Assembly: GCA_965197905.1 (NCBI GenBank)
Contig: CBDAOB010000004.1
Coordinates: forward strand, 1,920,001 to 1,984,000
Length of the DNA stretch: 64,000 nucleotides
Origin: Candidatus Latescibacterota bacterium
GTDB taxonomy: Bacteria > Latescibacterota > UBA2968 > UBA8231
Reading direction: 5' to 3'
Shown piece after piece: positions 49,181 through 59,003 of this stretch; positions within the stretch are counted from its first letter, which is position 1; each line of letters opens with the position of its first letter. The notes under the pieces are model-generated. The model made no database searches and was not told where the DNA came from. It saw only the letters and a list, made by a program, of their open reading frames with translations. A program made the translations under genes and the position numbers.

Positions 49181-50456
49181 GATCGAGCTGGTCCAGATCG
49201 AAGAGCCGCCGCACCGTATCCAGATGCAGATAACCGCCCTCGCTATTGGCGAATTCGCGGATCTGTACCAACGGATCGTGAAGCAGCTTGTTGCCGTATC
49301 CGCGCAAAAGGCCGATCACCGCCTCCCGATCCTCTGGGGTCAGCTGCTCCAGCTTGGACTGCCAACGTCGTAGCTCCGTTTCCTGTAGCTGTTGAGAACG
49401 CCGTTGAAGCGCGCGGATCAACGGCCCCGTGCTCAAGGCGTTGAACCAGTTCAAAAAGCCGCGAAGCTCAGTCTGTATAATCGACTGCACGATGGAGATC
49501 TCGCTCTCGCGTTCCTCCCGATGGACCGCGACCACCTGCTCAAGATTGTCGATATCGAAGACGAAGACGTTGTCCAACCCCCTCACTTCGGGTTGCACGT
49601 CCCGCGGCACAGCGATATCGATGAATATCAGTGGCCGACCCAACCGCGCTTTCATCACGCTGCGTACCGTTTCTTCGGTTATGACGAATTCGGTGGCGGC
49701 GGTGGAGGCGATGACCACGTCCACCTCTGCCAATCGGGCTTCCAGGTCGGTGAGCTGGATCGCCTCGGCGCCGAAGCGGGCAGCTATCTCCTCTGCCTTC
49801 GACCGGGTGCGATTGGCGACCAACAGGCTTCCGATACCGGCATCCATCAAGTACTGGGCGGTCAACTCGCCCATTTCGCCAGCACCGACGAGCATGCCAC
49901 GACGGTCCTCGAGGGTCTCGAAGATCCGATTGGCAAGCTCGACGGCGGCCGTGCTGATGGAGAGTCGGCCGCGTCCAATGTCGGTTTCCGATCGGGCGCG
50001 CTTGCCCACGCGGAGAGATCGCTGAAACAGTTCGTTGAGCACGATACGGGCGGAGCCACTCCTTTGAGCCAGCTCCAGGGCGTCGCGAACCTGCTTGAGG
50101 ATCTGAGATTCGCCGATGACCATCGAATCGATCCCGCAGGCGACGCTGAACAGATGCGTCGCCGTACCTTCGTTGCTCAATTCATAGAAATGGGGCTGCA
50201 GTTGGGCAACGTTGACCCCGTGGACCTCGTTCAGAAAACGGCGAGCCTCCATCAAACCGTTTCCGCCGTCACTGGCGACGTAGATTTCCGAACGATTGCA
50301 GGTCGACAGGATGGCGGCCTCCGCAAGGCCGTACTCCCCGGTGAGGCGGGGAAGGACGGTCTGCAACGAGGATTCCGGAAAAGCCAGCTTTTCGCGCAGT
50401 TGCACCGGAGCGGTGCGGTGGTTCAGGCCCAGCGTCAGAATGTGCATTTCTAGCAC
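49155..50456 (-). CDS. hemA: Glutamyl-tRNA reductase
   Basis: NHRTAPV.LREK, LSTCNRSE, SMVIGESQIL.Q, GAGEMG, DIAVPRD. Confidence 0.96.
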   Translation of the reverse strand: MLEMHILTLGLNHRTAPVQLREKLAFPESSLQTVLPRLTGEYGLAEAAILSTCNRSEIYVASDGGNGLMEARRFLNEVHGVNVAQLQPHFYELSNEGTATHLFSVACGIDSMVIGESQILKQVRDALELAQRSGSARIVLNELFQRSLRVGKRARSETDIGRGRLSISTAAVELANRIFETLEDRRGMLVGAGEMGELTAQYLMDAGIGSLLVANRTRSKAEEIAARFGAEAIQLTDLEARLAEVDVVIASTAATEFVITEETVRSVMKARLGRPLIFIDIAVPRDVQPEVRGLDNVFVFDIDNLEQVVAVHREERESEISIVQSIIQTELRGFLNWFNALSTGPLIRALQRRSQQLQETELRRWQSKLEQLTPEDREAVIGLLRGYGNKLLHDPLVQIREFANSEGGYLHLDTVRRLFDLDQLDLDGDERDH

Positions 50457-50614
50457 GGGGAATGTTGTTTAGCTGTAAACGTGTAAGGTATCAATATACA
50501 GTAAACTTCAATCGTCGGTTCGCATCGCCGATCTTCCGCGAAACGAGAACACGGCGATCGACATCTATTGGTTAGAATCAACAGACCGAATACGCTATCT
50601 CAGGGGGATCGGTT

Positions 50615-51502
50615 TTGAGAATTGAGCGATGGATTTGGGTGTTGTTGTGGCCGGCCATGGCCAACGCGGGAGCCTGGACATTGCCGCAGGGCCAGCTCTG
50701 GACCAAAGTCAGCTATTTCTCCCAGGCGGCCGACGAATGGTACATTGCCAACGCCGAGTTCAGCGGGGAAGAGGGGTGGTTTCAGCCAGGGGATCGCAGG
50801 CCGTATCGATTCGACGGCGAGTACGATTCTCAGGCTGTTTTCTTCGAAGCGTATTTCGGCGTCAGCGATCGTCTCGATCTTGGTGTGCAGGTGCCATTTT
50901 TCGACCAGGAGTTCGCCGACGCCACCAGAGACGATCCTCCCGCCGACTCCGGCTTCAGCGATATTCGGCTCTTCACCAAGTTCAACCTGTTCCAGAAACC
51001 GGTCGTTTTCACGGCCAAAGCCGGCGTGAAACTGGCCACCGGTGACTTCCTCAATGAAGACGGTCTGATCCCCGTGGGAGAGGGGCAGCGGGATTACGAA
51101 TTCGCGGCCCAGATAGGCCGCTCATTCTGGCCACTGCCCCTCTACGCGAATCTCGATGCGGGATACCGGATTCGAACACGCAACGACGAGATCGAACGGG
51201 ATCCGGGCGACGAGTGGTTCTTCAACGGGGAAGTGGGCTACAACCTGACACCTAAGCTGCTCATTGCTACCAAGCTCGAAGGAATGCGGGGTGACCCCGC
51301 CATCGAATTCGGCATCCTGAAAAACCGATCGCAGATCAAACGCATAACCTATCTCGCGCCGACGGTCGCCTACACACTCAACACCCACGCGACCTTGGAG
51401 TTGGCTCTCCGGTACACCCTTAACGGCCGCAATTTCCCGGCCGGCCACCAGATCGTCCTTGGGGCTTCCACGAATCTATCCGTACTGGAACTGGGGCGCT
51501 GA
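50615..51502 (+). CDS. Putative outer-membrane beta-barrel (transporter-like) protein
   Basis: Signal peptide ending ANA-GAWT; aromatic-rich amphipathic strands; G.SD.R and KLATG motifs. Confidence 0.6.
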   Translation: MRIERWIWVLLWPAMANAGAWTLPQGQLWTKVSYFSQAADEWYIANAEFSGEEGWFQPGDRRPYRFDGEYDSQAVFFEAYFGVSDRLDLGVQVPFFDQEFADATRDDPPADSGFSDIRLFTKFNLFQKPVVFTAKAGVKLATGDFLNEDGLIPVGEGQRDYEFAAQIGRSFWPLPLYANLDAGYRIRTRNDEIERDPGDEWFFNGEVGYNLTPKLLIATKLEGMRGDPAIEFGILKNRSQIKRITYLAPTVAYTLNTHATLELALRYTLNGRNFPAGHQIVLGASTNLSVLELGR

Positions 51503-51503
51503 T

Positions 51504-52901
51504 TCAGGGTGGGTCGGCGGCGAGAAAATCTGCTATCTGCACGCTGAGGCGGTGGGACTGCTCGACGCAATCGGGCGCCGATATCCCGTTGCGGAAGTTG
51601 CCTGAGAAGTAGATTCCGGGATGCCGTTCCTCGAACGCCGCCAACTCCGCGGTCAGATCGCTGTGCTCCACGCCGTACTGGGGAATCGCATGCGGCCAGC
51701 GGACCACCTGCACCTCTTGCGGATGGCCGCCGATGCCCAGCAGATCTTTCAGTTCGTCCCGAACCAAGTCCACCAGCTCATCGTCTTCCAGCGAGGCGAC
51801 CTCCGGCTGGCGAACTCCCCCTACAAAGGTGGTGAGAGCAACACCTTGTTCTGGCGCTCGTCCTGGAAAGAGGCTGGAGTTCCAGATAGTACCCAGGATC
51901 CGCCGGTTCTCCCGCCGCGGTACTAGACATCCAAACCCATCGAGAATCCTTCCGCCCGGAGGACCTTCGTACCCAAAAAACACGACGTTTACCGGGGGAT
52001 AGGGGATCCGCGAAAGGGCGATGCCTACCGGAAAGTCGAAACGAAAGCTCAGGTCGGCATAGGCGTGGGCGGGAATGGCGAATACGAGGCAGCGCGCCCG
52101 AACACGCCATGATGCGGAGGCAGCTTCAACGGCCACGACGTAGCCGTCTTCGGTCTCTTCAATCTCCCTCACCTTGACGCCTAACTGCAGCGAATCGTCA
52201 ACGCGGGCAGCCAAGGCGTCGACCAGTGTTCCCATCCCGCGCCGGAAGGCAAACATCCGGGCTTTCTGTTTGGACGAGCCTGCACGTTTCCGTCGTGCTC
52301 CCGAGCCCAGGAGGGCGCCTTTGATCAGGCTGCCGTATTCCTTCTCAAGGGCAAACAGTTTCGGGAAAGCGCTCTCCACGCCAAGTTTTTCCGGGGTGCC
52401 GGCAAATATGCCGGCAACAAACGGTTCGACGGCGTAGTCGAGAAACTCCCGTCCCAGTCGACGTTCGACGAACGCCGCTAGGCTCTCTTCCTCGCCGGAT
52501 AGCCGGGGATGGACAAATGGCTCTCGCAACAGCCTGAGCTTGGCACGAGCGGAGAAGAGGCGGCTGCCGATCAGCGCTGCCGGATGGAGAGGCAACGGAT
52601 GTAATACCCCTTCCCGAGCCACATAGCGGTTCTTGGCGAGGCGCTGCGTATAGATCTGCTCTTGCTCGATGCCCAGGTCGGCAATGAGCTCGCGCAAGAC
52701 TGGGCTGGTCTCCAACAGCGAGTTGGGTCCCGATTCCATGAGGAAATTACCGTGGCGGCGGGTTTGGATTTTCCCGCCTGGCCGGTCATCGCACTCAAGC
52801 ACATTGACGTCCAAACCCCGAGTGCACAGATAGCGGGCCAGGGACAGACCAGAAATGCCGGCGCCGACCACCACGACATCAGTTCGTCTTTTGTCGTTCA
52901 T
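51504..52901 (-). CDS. hemY: Protoporphyrinogen/coproporphyrinogen oxidase (HemY type)
   Basis: VGAGISGL, GGKIQT, ESGPNS, EPFVAGIFAG, GFGCLVP, AIPQY. Confidence 0.92.
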   Translation of the reverse strand: MNDKRRTDVVVVGAGISGLSLARYLCTRGLDVNVLECDDRPGGKIQTRRHGNFLMESGPNSLLETSPVLRELIADLGIEQEQIYTQRLAKNRYVAREGVLHPLPLHPAALIGSRLFSARAKLRLLREPFVHPRLSGEEESLAAFVERRLGREFLDYAVEPFVAGIFAGTPEKLGVESAFPKLFALEKEYGSLIKGALLGSGARRKRAGSSKQKARMFAFRRGMGTLVDALAARVDDSLQLGVKVREIEETEDGYVVAVEAASASWRVRARCLVFAIPAHAYADLSFRFDFPVGIALSRIPYPPVNVVFFGYEGPPGGRILDGFGCLVPRRENRRILGTIWNSSLFPGRAPEQGVALTTFVGGVRQPEVASLEDDELVDLVRDELKDLLGIGGHPQEVQVVRWPHAIPQYGVEHSDLTAELAAFEERHPGIYFSGNFRNGISAPDCVEQSHRLSVQIADFLAADPP

Positions 52902-53236
52902 ACTGCAGATCGGAAGTAAAAGCCCAGCTCAGGTATCATGGCAGTTCGATGATCAGCTGGTAGCCGCCCGGACCAAGAGTGCCAGGCAAAGAGAAATCCG
53001 CTTCGTCGGTGACTCCTCAAAATCGAGCTCGCAGGGGACCGTTCAATTGAAATACAATTGTCGAATCGTCGCCAGAGTCGTGGCGACGGATCCGCCTTCG
53101 AGCAATCCCAACCGGGCTCGTGGCCGGCGTCGCAATTTGGGAAAAGTGGTTCCGGTACGTTATTTTATCTGGTGGCAGTCGGTTGCCCGGATTCCGTTCC
53201 ACCTCCCGCACGGGAGCAGAAACAGAGCCAGGACGA

Positions 53237-54793
53237 ATGAGCACGCAGACCACAGCACAGGACGATCCCCACCTTCCCAGTGTGTTGAAACAGCAGCTGT
53301 GGCGGCGCATCGGACGGCGTCTGGACAGCGGCGAGGTGTTGATCACCACCGAACAGTTTCAGCGCGCCATGACCAAGGAGTTCAAGCGCTTGGTAAAGAC
53401 CAGTCCGGACTGGGAGACCAAAAAGCGCATCTGCAAGATGATAGTGACGGTAAACGAGGAGTACCCCGAAACCTATCTCACGCTGGGCATCAAGAACGCA
53501 GTCAACAAATTCTTTCGAGACGCTGAAAAGAGCTTGGGTGGAGAAGGAAACGATGTGGTGGAAGAGAGCAAGAAACGCATCAAACAGATGATAAAGAACG
53601 GCAAGTCGGATTTCTTTTTGGAAAGCATCGGGGTCGACATAGGAAACTCGGGCGTACCTCGCAGCATTGAACGCGCAATTGAAAAGATTGTTGACGGCCA
53701 AAAGTTGCATGCCAAACCAGAGGTCCAGGTGCGTTCGCCGCGACGTCGTCGAGCTACCAATATGGTGGACGTTCGGGTCGCGCAGGCGCAAGCGGAGCAG
53801 GCAGCAACCGACCAGGCGGTGGGGGCACCACCTCCCTCGCGCGAGGAAGAGCAAGAGCGAATTCGCGAAGACAAGAAGCGGTTGGAGGCCCTCTCGGAGC
53901 AGGAACTGAAGAGGGCTCCTTCCCGGTTCGATTCGTTCGTGGAGCAGAAGCTGCTTACCGACGAGGAGGTCGTTTCCCTTCGCGATCTCTACGGTATCGA
54001 CGAACGCCTAGAAAAGGGCGAGATCGACGAGGGGGAGGCCGACTCCCTGCGTGGGCAGATCGATGCCAATGTCCAGGCGAGACTTCGGGAACGCCTAGAG
54101 GAAGCGGTCGACTACAGCGTGCACTATCTCAATGCATTCGAGGCGTTGGGCCGACTGCCCGAACCCGCCGACGATGCCTTTCGTTTTCTGATTCAGCACA
54201 AGATGCTCGTGATCAGCGAGGACGAGGAAGCCGACTTCGCCGTTCCACTGCAGGAGCTGGAAAGCAATGCTGACCTTCTAGATAGAGTCGCCGAGGTGAT
54301 GGAGCGAAAACACCACGAAGTGCGCATGATCGTCGCCAATCTACCCCTTTACCGCTACATCTCAAAAGGGGGCAAGGTAGCCAACATGGTGATCGAAGAA
54401 TCGTTTGTCGAGGAGTTGCGCAGTCTGAGCACGGACGACCTGTCCGATCGGCTCAACGCAACCGACGCGGAAGTCCGCGTCAAGCCTGCTGCGGACATGA
54501 AGTGCTTCATAACATTGATCCAAGAGATTTGTCGAGAGACGGCGTTCCACGCCGCGATTCGCCGCTTGAAGATCAAGTTGACGATGACGAGAATCTATTC
54601 CTCTAGTGATGGCAAAGACGGCCGCCGCAAGGTACAGCAGTTTCTTCGCCAACGCCTGCCCCGCCTGTATCCGAACCTGTCTCGCGATGAGCGCGCCGAG
54701 ATCGAGGAGGACGGCAAGGCGGTTATGGACGGCCAAGGCGTGGAAGCGGCCGAGGATGCGCCCAAAGAAAAGATGAGGGTGTATCGTGCCTGA
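53237..54793 (+). CDS. Large charged helical hypothetical protein
   Basis: Long open frame with genome-typical codon style; AGGA before ATG 53237; no motif recognised. Confidence 0.8.
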   Translation: MSTQTTAQDDPHLPSVLKQQLWRRIGRRLDSGEVLITTEQFQRAMTKEFKRLVKTSPDWETKKRICKMIVTVNEEYPETYLTLGIKNAVNKFFRDAEKSLGGEGNDVVEESKKRIKQMIKNGKSDFFLESIGVDIGNSGVPRSIERAIEKIVDGQKLHAKPEVQVRSPRRRRATNMVDVRVAQAQAEQAATDQAVGAPPPSREEEQERIREDKKRLEALSEQELKRAPSRFDSFVEQKLLTDEEVVSLRDLYGIDERLEKGEIDEGEADSLRGQIDANVQARLRERLEEAVDYSVHYLNAFEALGRLPEPADDAFRFLIQHKMLVISEDEEADFAVPLQELESNADLLDRVAEVMERKHHEVRMIVANLPLYRYISKGGKVANMVIEESFVEELRSLSTDDLSDRLNATDAEVRVKPAADMKCFITLIQEICRETAFHAAIRRLKIKLTMTRIYSSSDGKDGRRKVQQFLRQRLPRLYPNLSRDERAEIEEDGKAVMDGQGVEAAEDAPKEKMRVYRA

Positions 54794-54813
54794 TACACCA
54801 AACGACCGCTAGT

Positions 54814-55422
54814 TTGGATCCCGCGCAATCCCCCCTTAGAATCGTGGCCAAGCAAAACAGGACCTACGAGGCGAAGAGTCTCGTCGGCGTCGAGGAGTAC
54901 CTCACACTGGTGGAGACGAATCTCGAATTCTTCCGATGGATCGACGAGCGGCCCCGCCGGCAAGTCGAGGTCGACAACCGGCTCCACAACTATCCACAAG
55001 CCCGGCCCTTCGTGGAGACCGCCGCGGATCAAACCTGCAACCTCACTCGGGCAGGGGATATGATATACCGGGCGTATCTAAACGCAGAAGGCAAGGATCA
55101 GGGCCTTCCACCGGCCTCACAACGGCCGGCCGCCAGCAAGAACGGCTTGTCCGACGAGGATCACCACCGCCCTCCGGGATGGAGGAGGATCGTCCAAGCG
55201 TTATGTGAGATAGATGCGGTGGAACTCGTGCGTTACGATGGCGACGCAGGTGCCGCTGGGCGCCGATCCGGCGTGCTCGGTAGCAGCGGCGACTCCGGAA
55301 CCATCAGGGTCGTCTATGCCAACGGCAAAATGCGCATGCCTCTTCTCGTTGAGACGACCGCCCGCGGCAAGTCCGAAATCCGCCAGGTCGCTGATCTGAT
55401 CGCGCGTGCCCTGGAGGAGTGA
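54814..55422 (+). CDS. Hypothetical protein
   Basis: 202-aa ORF 20 nt downstream of the previous gene, filling the gap to modC. Confidence 0.65.
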   Translation: MDPAQSPLRIVAKQNRTYEAKSLVGVEEYLTLVETNLEFFRWIDERPRRQVEVDNRLHNYPQARPFVETAADQTCNLTRAGDMIYRAYLNAEGKDQGLPPASQRPAASKNGLSDEDHHRPPGWRRIVQALCEIDAVELVRYDGDAGAAGRRSGVLGSSGDSGTIRVVYANGKMRMPLLVETTARGKSEIRQVADLIARALEE

Positions 55423-55455
55423 CCCCGTCGCCAACCGCTTCCACCGCGGGCGCCG

Positions 55456-56544
55456 CTACTCGGCCTCCGGGCCGATGCGAATCGAGTGGGTTTTCATCAG
55501 GCAGTAGAGCCGGTCCCGCACGTTCAGCCCCATCTCTCGCACCGCCGCACTCGTGACCTTGGCTGCCAATCTGCGCCCGACGTCAACGTAGACGAGCACA
55601 GTTCCTCCGACCTCGGTAATCTCAGCCACCTCGCCGGCGAGGGCGTTGCGTATGCTGAGACCATCCGGCCGCGAACGGGCCAGCACAATGTCGTCCGCTC
55701 GCACGCCGACAAAGAGATGCCGACCCGGAGCCAAGGCGCAGTACGGAATGAGGAGTTCCTGATCGAAACAGCGGACCCGGCTGACCCCTTCGGCAGCACG
55801 GGAATCGATCATTTCCACCCGAAGGACGTTTTCGAACCCGTGCTTCTCCTCCAGCAGGGGCATAATGCCCGGTTGCGAGGCAATCTTGAAGAAATCGCCG
55901 TGGGCAAGTACCTGCCCGCGCTGCAGCACGATAACCTGACCGGTGAGTTCCAGTATTTCCGCCACCGAATGCGTCACGTAGAGAATGGGGATCCGCAGCT
56001 CTCGTCTGATGTATCTCAGGTAGGGAATGATGCGACTCTTCAACCCCTGGTCCAGCGAAGCGAGTGGTTCATCCATCAACAGCAGGTTGGGCGAGGAGAG
56101 CAAGGCGCGACCGAGGGCGATTCGCTGGCGCTCCCCACCGGAGAGCTTGCCCGGAAAACGTTCGAGCAGCGACCGAACTTCCAGCAGATCGACGATCCGG
56201 TCAAAGTCGAAGCGCCGTTGGCCCGCTGCCAAGCGCTCGAACCCGTAACGCAGGTTTGTGGAAACGGTCATGTGGGGAAACAACAGATCGTCCTGCAGCA
56301 CATATCCAATCCGGCGTTCCTCGGGCGGCAGGTCGGTTCCGCCCTCCGCCGAGAAAAGGGTGCTACCCTCCAGCTCAATCTCGCCCTCGTCAGGACGCAA
56401 CAGACCCGCGACCAGGTTCAACAGGGAGGTCTTGCCCGAACCGGAAGGACCGTAGACGGCCGTCACCGGATAGCGGCAGTCGACATCGACCTCCAGCGGG
56501 AAGTCAGCCAGACGGCGCTTGACCCGAATCCGCAGGACACTCAA
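55456..56544 (-). CDS. modC: Molybdate ABC transporter ATP-binding protein
   Basis: GPSGSGKT, LSGGERQR, LLMDEPL, C-terminal TOBE (SIRNAL). Confidence 0.95.
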   Translation of the reverse strand: MSVLRIRVKRRLADFPLEVDVDCRYPVTAVYGPSGSGKTSLLNLVAGLLRPDEGEIELEGSTLFSAEGGTDLPPEERRIGYVLQDDLLFPHMTVSTNLRYGFERLAAGQRRFDFDRIVDLLEVRSLLERFPGKLSGGERQRIALGRALLSSPNLLLMDEPLASLDQGLKSRIIPYLRYIRRELRIPILYVTHSVAEILELTGQVIVLQRGQVLAHGDFFKIASQPGIMPLLEEKHGFENVLRVEMIDSRAAEGVSRVRCFDQELLIPYCALAPGRHLFVGVRADDIVLARSRPDGLSIRNALAGEVAEITEVGGTVLVYVDVGRRLAAKVTSAAVREMGLNVRDRLYCLMKTHSIRIGPEAE

Positions 56545-57215
56545 CCGCGGCGACTCCTACGTGCCGCCCACTCGCTGCCGAGTAGAGCGGAAAACGAAAT
56601 GACCACTGACAGGATCACCAGACGCAACGCTCCGTCGTCGCCGCCGGGTTGGTTGAGGAAGGTGTAGATTGCCGAAGGAACAGTGCGTGTTTGCCCGGCG
56701 ATGTTTGATACGAAGGTTATGGTCGCCCCGAATTCCCCCATGCTGCGGGCGAAGGCAAGCAAACCGCCTACCCACAGTGCCGGCGCGGCCAAACGCAAGG
56801 TAACGGTGACGAAAGCCCGCACCGGAGAGGCACCCAGGGTACGGGCGACCTGTTCCAGCCGTGGATCGATATCCTCAATTCCCAGACGTACTGCCCGCAA
56901 TACCAGCGGAAAGGCGACGACCGCCGACGCCAGAACGGCGCCCTTCCAGTCGAAGGCCAGCTGGATACCGAACGAGTCCAAAACCGGGCCGAACACCCCT
57001 CGACGGCCGAATAGCAGCAGCAGGAGATAACCGGTCACCACAGGTGGTAGCACGAGAGGAAGATGGCAGAGCCCATCCAACAGCAGCTTGCCCGCAAATT
57101 CGCGGCGGGCCAGCACGTAGCCAACCAGGATGGCCGCCGGCAACGTGAGGATGACGCAGAAGACCGCCACCCGCAGCGAAAGCCATACGACGTCCCACTC
57201 CTCGCCGCTGAGCAC
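56541..57215 (-). CDS. modB: Molybdate ABC transporter permease
   Basis: LPLVLPPVVTGY, FARSMGEFGATI. Confidence 0.96.
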   Translation of the reverse strand: MLSGEEWDVVWLSLRVAVFCVILTLPAAILVGYVLARREFAGKLLLDGLCHLPLVLPPVVTGYLLLLLFGRRGVFGPVLDSFGIQLAFDWKGAVLASAVVAFPLVLRAVRLGIEDIDPRLEQVARTLGASPVRAFVTVTLRLAAPALWVGGLLAFARSMGEFGATITFVSNIAGQTRTVPSAIYTFLNQPGGDDGALRLVILSVVISFSALLGSEWAARRSRRG

Positions 57216-57218
57216 GGA

Positions 57219-58040
57219 TCAGTCTCCGTCCACTACCGCAAAACCGTAGTTGCGAAAGATCGCGGTGCTCCCCGTTGCCGTCAGGTGCGACAACACTCGG
57301 CGAACCGCCGCCGATGCGCGCCCCTTGACGACTGCGACGGGGTAGGCGATCGGCTGATGCAGCGAGTCCGGGAGCGTCGCCATGAGATCAATATGAACGC
57401 CTTTCACGTCGGTGGCGTACACGATGCCTGCCTCGGCTTCGCCCCGTTCGACGTAGAGCAGCGCGGCGCGGACGTGGGGTGCCGGTGCCAGTCGATCCGC
57501 CAAGGGATGCCACCAGCCTAACGCGGTCAATGCCTGCCGCGCATAGATTCCGGCCGGCACGTGGTCCGGATCCGCCAGGGCGAGCCGACCCGAAAAAGCG
57601 CTGGCGAAGTCGAAATCGGGGTGCAGTGAAACCGCAAACGCTTCCCTCCTGGGTGCGATCAAGACAAGCCTGTTGCGCAGGAGGTCAATCCGGGTCTTTG
57701 GCTCGATCAGGTCCTTGGCTTCGAGATAGTCCATCCAGCTGTCGCTGGCGGAAAAGTAGAGGTCTGCAGGCGCCCCGGCTTCAATTTGACGCGCCAGGGA
57801 TGAGGAGCTGGCGAAGGAAAGAGAAACACCCGGGAATCGCTCTTTGGGTAGAATTTCCTCGAGAGCTTCGGTCAAGGAAGCGGCCGCAAAAATGACGACC
57901 TGGCTAGCGGCCACCTCCGATCCCCACAAAAGCATCAGCGATACGAAGACACCGCCCCGCGCCGGCCCGCATCTCTTCGACCACGCTGACGCCGCGGCCA
58001 GCTCACGCCATCCGCGCTTCGATCCGTTCGAGACGTTCAC
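57219..58040 (-). CDS. modA: Molybdate ABC transporter substrate-binding protein (start uncertain)
   Basis: FAAASL, FASSSSLARQIEAGAPAD, HVPAGIYA, GIVYATD. Confidence 0.93.
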   Translation of the reverse strand: MNVSNGSKRGWRELAAASAWSKRCGPARGGVFVSLMLLWGSEVAASQVVIFAAASLTEALEEILPKERFPGVSLSFASSSSLARQIEAGAPADLYFSASDSWMDYLEAKDLIEPKTRIDLLRNRLVLIAPRREAFAVSLHPDFDFASAFSGRLALADPDHVPAGIYARQALTALGWWHPLADRLAPAPHVRAALLYVERGEAEAGIVYATDVKGVHIDLMATLPDSLHQPIAYPVAVVKGRASAAVRRVLSHLTATGSTAIFRNYGFAVVDGD

Positions 58041-58173
58041 TGATCTCCCGCAAGTATTGGATAATTATCGCGTGGGTATACTGAGCGTCGATGCCCACCG
58101 GAGAATCTGGGGCGGAGATGCGCTCGATCAGTTCGGTGAAATCCGTTTTCCCCCTATTGAGCGGCTCGGTCAT
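58003..58173 (-). CDS. Small hypothetical protein (56 aa)
   Basis: Strong RBS AAGGAGGAG before ATG; SPVGIDA..TH.III motif and coiled-coil-like end. Confidence 0.65.
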   Translation of the reverse strand: MTEPLNRGKTDFTELIERISAPDSPVGIDAQYTHAIIIQYLREISERLERIEARMA

Positions 58174-58228
58174 AACTCCTCCTTGCGCAGCGCTTCGGAT
58201 GGTACGAAATCGGCTCGATCTTGGTCGC

Positions 58229-59002
58229 TCAACAATGCCTGGGGGCGGCGACCTCGCTTGCGCCAGACCACGAGGATACAAACAAACGGCCGCGCCGACT
58301 CAGAGCGGGTTGTTCCCCGATCAACTCCAGGGCATGCCAGGTAGTTACTTGGTTGGCGGTGAGTACCGGCTTACCCAGGCGGCGCTCCATCTCGTCGATG
58401 CGCGTCGCCAGCCGCTGGCCGGTGCAGCCGATAAAGACGGCATCCGCCTGCGGCAGGTCCGCGCCTTCAGCGAGTTGGCTGATTTCATCGGGTGGGACGA
58501 TAGAATGACCCTCTCTGAGGTTCAACGCTCGACTGTTCAGTACGGTAACGCCATGGGCTTCGATGAAAGCGACGAACTTCGCCTCGACATCTGGCATGTA
58601 AGGGCTGGCTAGTACGACCGAATTGATGTCCAGGCGGCGGAAAGCTTCCACCATTGCCGTGCTTGTCGTAGTTGCAGGTTTTCCGGTGGCGTTGGTGATG
58701 CGTCGCGCGATTTCCTCATCGCCGCCCGTCCCGCGTATGAAGCTCACGGTCGTGCAGTAGTAAGCAAAGCAATTCGGGTCGTACTTGGAGAGCCGCCGAG
58801 CCGCTTCTTCGATGTCCCCATTCTCGGCGAGGGCGAGCGAATTCTCGCAGATCGCGTCGAGCGCCGCAACCGGTGTAGACGCGGCGACCAACTCGACGTT
58901 AGGGGTAAGGTAGGCGGAAAAATCGTCGACCAGTGCTTGGGTCTCTCGGTCCACCCAAGAATCGTCGGGATAGATGGCGCCGATCCTGGCTTCGGCACCC
59001 AT
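58229..59002 (-). CDS. Asp/Glu racemase / maleate cis-trans isomerase family protein
   Basis: YYCTT and IGCTG catalytic Cys pair, SPY, GKPVLTANQ. Confidence 0.85.
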   Translation of the reverse strand: MGAEARIGAIYPDDSWVDRETQALVDDFSAYLTPNVELVAASTPVAALDAICENSLALAENGDIEEAARRLSKYDPNCFAYYCTTVSFIRGTGGDEEIARRITNATGKPATTTSTAMVEAFRRLDINSVVLASPYMPDVEAKFVAFIEAHGVTVLNSRALNLREGHSIVPPDEISQLAEGADLPQADAVFIGCTGQRLATRIDEMERRLGKPVLTANQVTTWHALELIGEQPALSRRGRLFVSSWSGASEVAAPRHC

Positions 59003-59003
59003 T

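Noticed and set aside
53173..53186. Sigma54-like TGGCA...TTGC
   Set aside because: GG-to-GC spacing is 9 nt rather than the required 10.
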